Positions 44,288 through 55,650 of a stretch of 64,000 nt of DNA are shown piece after piece. A program made the translations under genes and the position numbers. Positions within the stretch are counted from its first letter, which is position 1. Each line of letters starts with the position of its first letter. The DNA is from Azolla caroliniana (Eukaryota; Plantae; Polypodiophyta), in NCBI GenBank assembly GCA_043228905.1, contig JBHGNT010000008.1:14756001-14820000 (forward strand), in the 5' to 3' direction. A model generated the notes under the pieces. That model saw only the letters and a list, made by a program, of their open reading frames with translations. It did not search any database and was not told the DNA's origin.

Positions 44288-47200
44288 ATGCATGTAATAT
44301 ATAATTTTATACTTTATTCTATTTACAAATATGTCTCTTCATCTGGTGAGAGACTCTCACTGGCCTTCTTCATCCAGCTCTTGCCGGTTCTGCTTCATCC
44401 AGTTCTCGCCGGTTTTCTTTATCCGGTTCTTACCGGATCCTTCTTACTGGTCCTCTTCATTCGTTTCTCACCGACTCTCACCGTCCTTCATCCGGCTCTT
44501 GCCGGTCTCCTTACCGGTTTCGGTCCTCACCGGTTCTTCCTTTCGGTTCTCACTGGGTACTCCATATCCTATCCGGAGAAACCAAAAATGTAATTTTTCA
44601 CGAAGTGTGCGAATTACACTACGACAACGTTGCCCAAAGTGACAACCAACGTCTCCCAGCTATCTGGGAGGGAGCCGAGCAGGAGCAGCGCTAGTACCTC
44701 ATCGGCGAGAGGTAATTCCAATGATGTTGCCTGGTGGATCAGCCCCTGGAAGGCATTCATGTGCTCCGCCATGCTGGAGCCATCTTGGTACCGGAGTCTT
44801 ACTAGCTTCCGAAATACCGAAACCTGATTAACAACATTTTTGTTTTGAAACATAATGTTGTTCTTCTCCCAGAGCTCATGAGCCTTGCTCTCTTCATTGA
44901 AGTTGTTGTATAGACTCATGTCGATGAAGCACCGTATGTAAGCCGTTGTCTTCATGTGCATCACCTCCCATATCGTGGCGTCGATTTTGTCCGGTCTCTT
45001 GTCCCCGAACTGAACCGGTAACAAAACATCTTTAACCATGAGCATGTCCCTCATCTTCAACTTCCACATGGAATAGTTGGAGCCGGTGAGCTTGAACATG
45101 CCTCCCAACGATTCATCCATTTTCTGTGTCATTTCGCTCTGATACCACTTTGACAGGAACACATGCTCCCGATGAACAACGCTCGGCCACAACCGAGCCT
45201 AGGATCCAACACAGAAAATGGGTAATGAACGCACGACACAATGAAGAGAAGAGTACACGGGTAACGAACGCCCTGAAAACCCAAACTAGGGAAAAACCAC
45301 GGCAGCCCACAGACTGCAAACTATCACTATATTAGAATGTACAATAGTGAAGCACCGAAGCAACGACCTCGAGCTTGCTATCTTCACCACAAGCGGCGGT
45401 TACAACAGAGGCAACGACCTCTTCTTCTCTCTCACTCTCTCTGTACACAGTTACGCGCTCTAATCTTGCACCAACAAGAATGACAACAACTCTACAACAC
45501 GGTTTGCCCTAAGTCATATTTATACTAATATGACTTTTTGGCTATTTACAAATAAAGCCCCGATGGACTCTCAGAAACATATTTACGAATATGTCCCTTC
45601 ATCCGGTGAGTACTCCTCACCAGGCCTGCATCATCCGGCTCTTGCCAGGTACTCGTCATCCGGCTCTCACCAGGTCTTCCGTTGCTGGGTACTCGTCATC
45701 CGGTTCTTTTCATTTCCCATCCGGAGGGACCTGTTTCCTAACACTTGGTTCATCCCTCTTTCCCTCAAGCTCCTTGTCCGGTGCCATTACCCGTTTTGGT
45801 TCCCGTTCTCCCCCTCATGTATGACACGTTGAGATGCTGAATGCCGAGTATCTCCGAAAAGAGCTACAACTTGTCCAACCCGAGCGGTTTGGTGAAGATG
45901 TCGGCAACCTGCCAATCCATGTGAACATACCGCAATTCAACTTCACTAGTTAGAACGCGCTCACACATAAAGTGATAGTGCACTTCTATGTGCTTTGTCC
46001 GAGCATGGAAGACAAGGTTCTTGGCGAGCTGTATGCTGCTTACGTTGTTGCAGTAGATCATGATCGAGGTCAGTACCTCGATCCGGAGGTCTCGTAGTAG
46101 TCACCGAAGCCAGATGGCTTCATAGGTGAGTATGGTAGTGCCCCGATATTCAGCCTCAGTGCTTGATAGAGCCTCTATTGGCTACTTTTTGCTACTCCAC
46201 GAAACAGCCGCGCTACCAAGAGAAAACATGTAACCGGAGGTGGATCGGCGATCCAATGCATTACCATCCCAGTCGGCATCGGTATATCCGACTAGCTTCC
46301 CAGCTATATCGTGTCGGTATAACAGTCCCCGGTCCTTCGTGCCGCTCACATATCGCAATAGTCGATGCGCGCACTGAAGGTGCTCCATGGTCAGCTTCTA
46401 CATAAACTGGTTGATCACTCCAACTAGGTAACTGATGTTGGGTCGGGTGATGGTCAAGTAGATAAGGCTTCCGACAATTTGTCGGAACTATTTCTCATCG
46501 TAGGCCGGGACTTAGTACGTAGCTTCAAGTTTCGGTCCAGGGCTGTTGAGATTGGAGGGCATTCCGTCATGCCAAACTTGTACAACATATTCAACACATA
46601 GTGTCTTTGTGAGAGCAATATCCCGTCTAGGGTCCGGATCACCTCGATCCCAAAAAACTAATGAAGGTCCCCAGGTCCTTCATTTCAAATGCGTCTGACA
46701 ACTGGGACTTCACTTTGTCGATTTCATTGAGTTCGGGTCTGGTGATGACTAAATCATCTACATATAACAGGACCTTTTTGGATGAACAGTGAAGAGTCGG
46801 ACATTGAGGCCGCAAACCCCATCTTACGCAACTGGTGCATGATCTTCGCATTCCAAGCTCGGGGGGCTTGCTTCAGACCATAAAGTGACTTCTTTAGTCG
46901 GCACACTGCCGACTTGTTCATCTCCGATTGGAAACCGGGGGGTTGGATCATATAGAACTGTTCTTCAAGGTCACCTTGAACAAATGCATTCTTCACGTCC
47001 ATTTGGTGAAGATGCCACCCCCTTGCCGCAACAACTACCAGCACCACACGAACCGTTGCCATCTTCGCTACTGGAGGGAAGGTCTCATCGTAGTCGATTA
47101 TGTGGGTCTGTGTGTATCCCCTCGCCACTAACCGGGCCTTGTACCAGTTGACCGAACCGTTGACATTGTACTTCACCTTATATACCCACTTACAACTGAT

Positions 47201-48316
47201 CGGTTTACACTATCGGGGAGAGTCAACCAGGTCCCAAGTGTCATTGGTATCGAGTGCTCGCATTTCTTCTTCAATAGCAACATGCTAATTTGCGTCTTTC
47301 GCTGCTTCTACGTAGCTTTTCGGCTCACGCATTTCTGCCACCTTAGTCATGTATGCATAGTGATGCGCCATGTACTCATTGTATCTGTACCATTTTATGG
47401 GGTTCTTCTGGCAGATTGACTAACACAGTTTTTCGTCAACCGGTTTGAGGCCTTTCTAGGCTAGTTTGGGTTTCGTTTATGAAGATCTGACTTCGTTCTG
47501 TCCGTAGTTAGAATCACTCCATCTGACTCTTCATTGCCGGTGTCGTATTTATGCCTCTTTTTATTCCCCTTCTCTTTGTGCATGAATTCTCTCCTCGATT
47601 TCTTGCGCGGGGAGAGCACGATAGAGTCTCGACTCTCCACTACTCGCCGGTTCTTCATCTGATTAGTCATTCCAACTCAACTGCTCATTTGGCCCACTTA
47701 GCCGGAATGAGATCGGACTCTCATCTAGAGTACCAAATCCTTCTTCATCTTCTACCTGAACCTCTCCAGGTTCACTAGGGTCATCCTCTGGAATCGGGTC
47801 TTCGTCGGGAGTTGGAGTCGGTAGAGGGTACCATGATGCTGACTCATCAAACTGGATATCTCCACTTACTCAGACTTGTTTAGTCCAGGGGTTATAACAC
47901 TTATAGCCCTTCTGTTCAAGCAAGTAGCCGACGAGTATGCACTTTTTCGACTTTGGATCCAGCGTCCTCCACTTGTCATCCCATACATGCACTTATGCTA
48001 CGCCACCGAATATCCGAAGGTGTCTCAAATTCGGCTTCCGCTCGAAATATAGCTCATGTGATGAGACCTTGTCTCCGATCCGGCTTTGGGTGTAGACGGG
48101 CGTCTGGACCGCCTCAGCCCAGTAGAACTTGGGCATGCTCTTCTCGTCCAACATTGCCCTTGCCGCGTCAAAAATGGACAGGTTCTTCCTTTCGGATACA
48201 CCGTTTTGTTCCAGTGTGTATCGGCAGCTGAATTCTCTCCGAATTCCTTTCTGCTACAAATAACTGTTGAATTGGCCGGAGAAATATTCTTTTCAGTCAT
48301 CCGACCGCAGGCACTT

Positions 48317-51300
48317 TGTGAAAGTAAACATGCGGAAGCGTTTGACAAACTGATTCACCCAGATAGAAACAGAAAATGAAAGGAAAACTCAACACACACA
48401 GAGTACGCATACACAGGAGAGATAGAGAAGAGAGAGAGAAAGCATAACATAAACTCAATTCAAAATAACACTCTGTAAACTCTGTACATACAATGTGCTT
48501 ACACAACACTATTTATACAAGTCCTTAGAAGGACTGACAAAAGTACAATGTACCTCAATGTTCCTACGTGCGACTGACACTAACTACAAGACAATGATTA
48601 CCTAGTAGTCTAGGCTACTATTAGGCTTCCAGTTCACGCTTGAATTCGGCTCTTCAATCCGGCTAGTAGTTTTCGGATACCATCTGGATACCGATCCGGC
48701 TCTTGGTTCCAGATACCGATCCTACTTGGCTTATCCAGCCGATCTGGATCCGGTTGAGCTTGCCGCTCAACACTCCCCCTCAAGCTCAACTTGAGGTCAG
48801 ATCATGGTGTTAGTGTTTGTGGCAGCCGGTCCTTCCACCCAGCTCATTCAGCATTGTTCCGCCCTGCTTGTGCTCCTCTTCTGGTTTGGTGTTGCTTCCG
48901 GCGACCCATCTGGTACTGCGCACTTCGACCTCCTTGGTCAGCTTGTCTACTCAACAGGCTCATTTCAGCTCCTTCACTGTTATGACTCCAACGCTTGTCA
49001 ATCCATTGGTTCCTCCGTTTCGGTGTTGACTTCCACTGCCTTCTTGTCTGCTTGGCCCTTAGTTTATCCGACTTCTCCGAATCTTGAAACGAATCGACTT
49101 CATCCAATTCGTTATAGCTCTTGTCCGAGTTGGTAGTCTCCAACTCGTCTTCCGTTTTTAGTCCCTTCAACACATCGCACCACGTCTGGGTCTTGGCCTT
49201 CTTCCGGTCGGCTTTGTCCTTCTTGAGTCTGCCGCCGTTGCCGTTTGCTCCGACTTGTTCGGATGTGCCAACTCCATTGGTCGACTCGGCTTCCTTTTTC
49301 TGCTCATCTTCCCCCTTGGTTCTTTCTTCCTCTCCGGCTCCTTGTCCAGTGCAATCCGTTCTTGTTCTTGTTCTCCCCCTTAAGTGCGGCACGTTGAGAT
49401 GCTAAACACCGAGCATTTCGGTGAAGTGCTACAACTTGGCTGATCCGAGCGGTTTGGTGAAGATGTCGGCAATCTGCCGATCCGTCTAAAAATATCGAAG
49501 TTCAACTTCACCGCTCCGTACGAAGTGATAATGCACTTCTATGTGCTTTGTTTGAGGGGTGTGGAGATTGGTCGGCATTCAGTCATGCTGAACATGTACA
49601 ACTTCTGCACATAGTGTCTTTGTGAGAGCAATATGCCATCGGGGGTTCGGATCACTTCGATCTGAAGGAAATAATGAAGGTCCCCCAAGTCCTTCATTTC
49701 AAATGCATCCGATAGCTAGGACTTCACTCTCCCGATTTCATCCAAGTCCGAGTCCGGCGATGACTAAATCATCAACATATAGTAGGATACAAACCGAACC
49801 GTTCGGACCTTTCCGGATGAATAGTGACGAGTCAGACTTTGAGGCCGCAAACCCCATCTTACGCAACCGGTGCGTGATCTTCGCATTCCAAGCTCGAGGG
49901 GCTTGCTTCAGACCGTAAAGCAACTTTTTGAGTCGGCACACTGCCGACTTGTTCATTTCCGATTGGAAACTGGGGGGTTGGATCATATAGACCCGTTTTT
50001 CAAGGTCACCTTGAAGAAACGCATTGTTCACCTCCATTTTGTGAAGATGCCATCCCCTTGCCGCAGCAACCGCCAATACCACACAAACCATCGTCATCTT
50101 CGCTACCACAACAAAGGTCTCGTCGTAGTCGATTCCGTGGGTCTGCATGTATCCCTTTGCCACTAACTGGGCCTTGTACCGGTTGACCGAACCGTTGACA
50201 TTGTACTTCACTGTATATACCCATTTGCAACCGATCGGTTTACACTATTGGGGAGGGTTAACCAGGTCCCATGTATCGTCAGCATCAAGTGCCCACATTT
50301 CTTCCTCCATAACAGCATGCCAATATGCATCTTTTGCTGCTTCTGCGTAGTTCTTGGGCTCACGCACTTCCGCCACCTTAGTCATGAACGCATAGTGATG
50401 CACCATGTACTCATTGTATCCGTACCTCATGCGGTTTTCTTTTGATGGGTTGACCGACATAACTTTTCGTTACCCGGTATGAGGCCCTTTTGGGCCGGTT
50501 CGCCTTCTTCCTTTCTGAAGATCCGCCTTCTTCCTTTCCGGAGTTGGATTCGCTCCGATCAGACTCATCGTTTCCGGTTTCGTATTCCGACATCTTCTTC
50601 TTCCCCTTCTCTTTGTGCGTGAACTGTCTCCTCGGTTCCTTGCGCGGGGAGAGCACGACACAGTCCCCACTACTCACCGGTTCTTCATCTGACTGGTCAT
50701 CCCGAATCAACCGCTCATTCGGCTCACTTAGCCGAAATGAGATCAGACTCTCTTCTAGAGTGCCGAAGTCTTCATCTTCTTCTGGAACCTCTCCGGGTCC
50801 ACTAACCTCATCTTCCAGAATCGGGTCTTCGTCGGGAGTTGGAGTCGGTAAGGAGTACCATTATGTTGACTCATCAAACTCGACATCTTGACTTACTTGT
50901 ACTTGTTTAGCCCGGGGGTTATAGCACTTATACCCCTATTGCTCATGCGAGTAACCAACTAGGATGCACTTCTCCGACTTTGGATTTAGCTTCTTCCGCT
51001 TCTCATCCGGTACATGCACATATGCTATGCTATTGAATATCCGAAGGTGCCTCAAATTCGACTTCCGCCCGAAATACAACTCATGTGTTGACACCTTGTC
51101 TTCGATCCGGTTTTGGATGTAGACAGTCGTCCGGACCACCTCAGCCTAGTAGAATTGGGGCATGCTCTTCTCCTCCAGTATTTTCCTTACCGCGTCGACA
51201 ATTGACTAGTTCTTCCTTTCGGCCACACCATTTTGCTCCGGTGTGTATCGGCAACTGAATTATCTCCGAATTCCATTCTGCTATAGATAACTGTTGAATT

Positions 51301-53546
51301 GGCCGGAAAAGTATTCTTTTCCACCATCCGACCGCAGGCACTAGATCTTCCTCTCCATTTCCCTTTCGACTAAACTTTGAAGGTTCCAGAAACAGTCGAA
51401 GACTTCACTTTTCTTCTCGATGAGGTAGATCCACGTGCGCTGACTGTAGTCGTCGATGAAGGAGACGAAATACCGAGTCCTGCCAAGACTAACATTTTGT
51501 GCCGGTCCCCATACATCTGAATGGATTAGATCAAGCTTGTTACGGCTCTGGTTTCATTCGGTGGGGAATGAAAGCCGGTGTTGCTTCTCGAATTCGCAGG
51601 CTTCACAAACTTCGGCCCTCCGGCCACTGAATTTCGACAAATTGAACACAACCTATTTTGATTGCAGGTCCTAAAGCCTCTGAAAATTGACGTGGTCGAT
51701 CCGCTTGTGCTAGAGATCAATGTCTGATTCAATCCTTTGTCCTTTCGCAAACATGGCGGTGCTGACGTCATTAGTGTTGAGGATGAACATCCTCCCTTCT
51801 CTGCACCCTTGCGCAATTATCTGGCCTTCTTCCTCGATGAAGCACCCGAGGTGCGTAAACCGCACCTGCATTCCTTGGTCAACAAATTGTCCGACCGATA
51901 CCAGGTTCTTTGTGATAGTCAAAACATGTAGTACGTTCATCAACTTTCCCTTTTGTCCAACATGGCTTAAAGGAACTTCTCCAACACGCACAATCGGGTG
52001 AGGGGTGTCGTCTCCGGTTTCGACAATGCCCGGTTGTTCCGGCTTCTCCAAAAAGGAGAACCACTCTTCATGGCTCGTCATGTGGTTGGTCTTCTTCATC
52101 GAGTTCGCCTTGTGCTTCATCACAAAGGTTGTCTTCCCGGTTCCGGATCCTTCCGATCCGGCTTTGTTTGAATCGGCACGCTTCTTCCAACACTCACTTC
52201 CCCTGTGGCCTTTCTTGCCAGAGTACCAGCATTCCATGTCGGCCTTTCCTTGCCGGTTCCCGGCACCGCTTTGACTCACCCTGCTTGTGGAATGTCCAGA
52301 ACTGCTGTCGACACTGTCTCCGTGCCTTCGGTCCTACTCTTGCCGACTGCCTCCATTGCGTGCCGACCCACCTCGTCCTCCACGCCCACGGGGCCGATCC
52401 ACCTCCGTGTACAGCATCCGGTTGTCCAATTGAGTGGTCCTTGACCCACTCGCGTGGTTTTCTTCGACCATCAACATTGATTGTAAGTTGAAGAAGGACG
52501 GTGGCTTCTCCTGGGTGTAGATTGCCGTCCGGATAGGCCCGTACCGTTGTGCTAGACCACAGAGGCAGATTTGGACCATCTCGTCTTCGTCCACCATCAC
52601 GTTGATGAACTAGAGCGCGTCGCAAATCTCCTTTATATTGGTGGTGTAGTCCGCAACCGACGTATCTCTTTGCCGGATGTTGTTTAGCTCTTGCCGGAGC
52701 TACAACTTACGAGCTGTGGTATTCGCGGCAAAATCTTTCGAAGATTTTCCCAGGCCTCCTTTGGCGTCTTTGCATCCTTGATGTAGCCCAGCATCTGATC
52801 GTGCACAGAGGACGCGAGGCACTACAATACTCGGCTCGCTGCTTGCTCCCATGCCAGGAAGTCGTTGTGTGTCGGCTCCGGTGCTACCTCGTTGGTTCCT
52901 TCCATGTAGCTCCAATATCCATGCCCCAACAAGTACTCGTGCATTTTATATGACCAGGACACGTAGTTGCTCGAGTCAAGTTTCTCATTGGGAAGGTAAC
53001 TCACCATACCTCTGTGCATATCTTTCTCTGTATGTCCTTACTAGGTATCAGGGTTTGTCTTCGAAAGAGTTTGTTGGCTGCAGAGGGTCTCCACCCTAGC
53101 GGTCTGATACCATGTGAAAGTAAATGTGCGGAAGCGTTTGACAAACTGGTTAAGCCGGATAGCAACAGAAGATGAAAGGAAAACTCAACACACATAGAGA
53201 GTAGCCTGTACGCTAGACAAAGAGAGAGAGAGAGAGAGTAGAACATAAACTCAATTCAAAATAACACTCTGTAAACTCTGTACATACAATGTGCTTACAC
53301 AACACTATTTATACAAGTCCTCAGAAGGATTGACAAAAGTACAATGTACTTCAATGTTCCTACGTGCGATTGACACTAATTACGAGACAATGATTACCTA
53401 CTAGTCTAGGCTACTACTAGGCTTCCGGTTCACGCTCGAATTCGGCTCTCTGATCCGTCTCCCCAATCCGGTCGGTTGTTTTCGGATACCGATCCGGCTC
53501 ATGCTTATCCAGTCGATCCGGATCCGGTTGAGCTTGCCGCTCAACA
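48317..53546 (-). mobile_element. Full-length but degenerate Copia family A element (LTRs 48317-48772, 53113-53546)
   Basis: TSD CACTT, PBS TGGTATCAGA at 53103-53112, PPT GAGGGGGAG 48773-48781; Gag, PR, IN and RT fragments; deletion across RT/RNase H near 49560. Confidence 0.95.
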
Positions 53547-55650
53547 CACTTAATATTTCTCTTCGTTTCCTATTCAACTAAGCTTTGAAGGTTCTGGAAA
53601 CATTCGAAAACTTTGCTTTTCCTCTCGATGAGGTAGATCCAAGAGTGTCGGTTGTAGTCGTCAATGAAGAAGACGAAGTACCGACTCCTACCAAGAGTAA
53701 CGTTCTATGCTGGTCCCCATACATTCGAATGGATTAAGTCGAGCTTGTTACGGATCCGGTTTTATTCGGTAGGGAATGGAAGCTGGTGTTGCGTCTTGAG
53801 TTGGCATGCTTCACATATTTGGGCCTTCCGGACACTAAATGTCGGCGAACCGAAAACAACTTGTTTCAATTGCAAGTGTTGAAACCTCTAGTAATTGACG
53901 TGACCGATCCACTTGTGCCAGAGATCGATGTCCGATTCAATTTTCTGTCCTTTTCCGAACATAGCGGAACATACGTCGTTGGTGTCAAGAATGAACATCC
54001 TCCCATTGTAGCTCCCTTGTGTGATTATCCGACCTTCTTCTACAATGCAGCATCCGAGGTGTGTAAACCGCACCTACATTCTATGGTCGATGATTTGTCC
54101 GGTCAACACCAAGTTCTTTGTGATTGTTGGAACGTGCAGTACATTCATGAGCTTTCCCTATTGTCCAACCTGTCTTAAAGGGACTTCTCTAACATGCACA
54201 ATCAGGTGAGGGGTGTCGTCTCCGGTGTCAAATATTCTCGGTTGTTCCGGTTTCTCTAAAAATGAGAACCACTCTTCATGGCTCATCATGTGATTAGATG
54301 CTCTGAAATCAACGTACCACACTTCCACCTATCCATAAGTGGTCTTCTTCATCGAGTTCACCTTGTGCTTCATCACGAAGGCTGACCCTTTTTGGTTTTC
54401 CCGGTTCCAGATCCTTCTGATCCTTCTGCGTAGTGTGAGCTTTGTTGGTTTCCCTTTCCGGCCTTGCAGGATCCGGAGTTATCCGAATTGGCCCGCTTCT
54501 TCCAACACTCTCTTTCTCTGTGGCCTTTCTTGCCACAATACCAACATTCCGTGTCGGCCTTCCCTTGTTGGTTTCCGGTGCCCTTTTCACTCCCCCTAGT
54601 CATGGAGGGTCTGGAACTGCTGTCGGAACTGTCTCTGTGCCTTCAGTTCTGTTCTTGCCTGCCGCCACCATTGCGTGCCGACCCACCCTGTCCTCCACAC
54701 CCATGAGGCTGATCCTCCTCGGTGTACAACATCCGGTTGTCTGATTGAGTGGTCCTAGACACACTCGCATGGTTTTCTTCGACCATCAACATTGATTGTA
54801 AGTCGAAGAAGGACGTTGGCTTCTCCTGGGTGCAAATTGCCGTCTAGATTGGCCCGTACCGTTGTGCTAGACAACCAAGGTAGATTTGGACCATTTCATC
54901 TTCGTCCACCGTCACATTGATGGACCCGAGCGCGTCACAAATCTTCTTTATTTTAGTGGTGTACTCCGTAACAAACATATCTCTTTGCCGGATGTTGTTT
55001 AGCTCTTGCCGAAGCTACAACTTACGGGTTGTGGTGTGGTACTTGCAACAAAAATCTTATGAAGATTTTCCCATGCCTCATTCGGCGTTTTTGCATCCTT
55101 GATGTAGCCGAGCATCTAATCATGCACATAGGACACGAGGTAGTAAAGCACTCTACTCGCACCTTGTTCCAATGTTAGGAAGTCCTTGTGTGCCGGCTCT
55201 GGTGCTACCTTGTTAGTTCCTTCCACATAGCTCCAATATCCATGCCCCAGCAGATACTGGTGCATTTTATACGACTAGGACGCATAGTTGCTCCGGTCAA
55301 GCTTTTCTGTGGGAAGCGAACTTGCCATACTGTTGTCTGCCTGGCCGGACTAGCCTCAACACAGGTGTCTATCCGACACTTCTCCAAAGGGGTGGTAAGG
55401 ATTGGATGCTAGGTTACACGCGTAAGATGATTACACTAAGCACAGACGGTAAAACAATACAAAGACAAAGATAAACATGCAATAAGTATAATTGTATTAC
55501 TTCCGTAAAGCATTTACAAATCATCGGATCCTTTTATAGGCATCCGGCAAGGTTACAATCGGTGCGCTTAGGCAACCGGCATCCAAATCGGTCCGGATCC
55601 GGATCGGTACAACTGTACCGGATCCGTCCCTCCGAATAATAAATATACTA

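Larger units (their letters stand above)
41420..44626 (-). mobile_element. 5' part of a Gypsy element (LTR 43736-44626, Trp PBS, gag, start of protease), 3' part deleted
   Basis: Gag 42977-43720 continues at 41697-42256 (CIWCDSTEHNRRDC); protease ALIDHG at 41414-41746 is fused to Copia sequence. Confidence 0.85.
32064..45743 (-). mobile_element. Copia family B element with both LTRs (32064-32654, 45151-45743)
   Basis: TSD CTTGG, iMet PBS 45136-45147, PPT GAAGGGGGAG near 32657, Gag 44614-45192, PR 41032-41420, IN split at 34997/40523, RT/RNase H 32665-34317; coding regions decayed. Confidence 0.95.
32020..55330 (-). mobile_element. Host Copia family A element (pieces 32020-32063, 45744-48316, 53547-55330)
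   Basis: Gag start MASSLPTEKL at 55328, PR/IN 53550-54330, RT/RNase H 45830-47290; pieces rejoin across TSDs CTTGG and CACTT. Confidence 0.8.
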
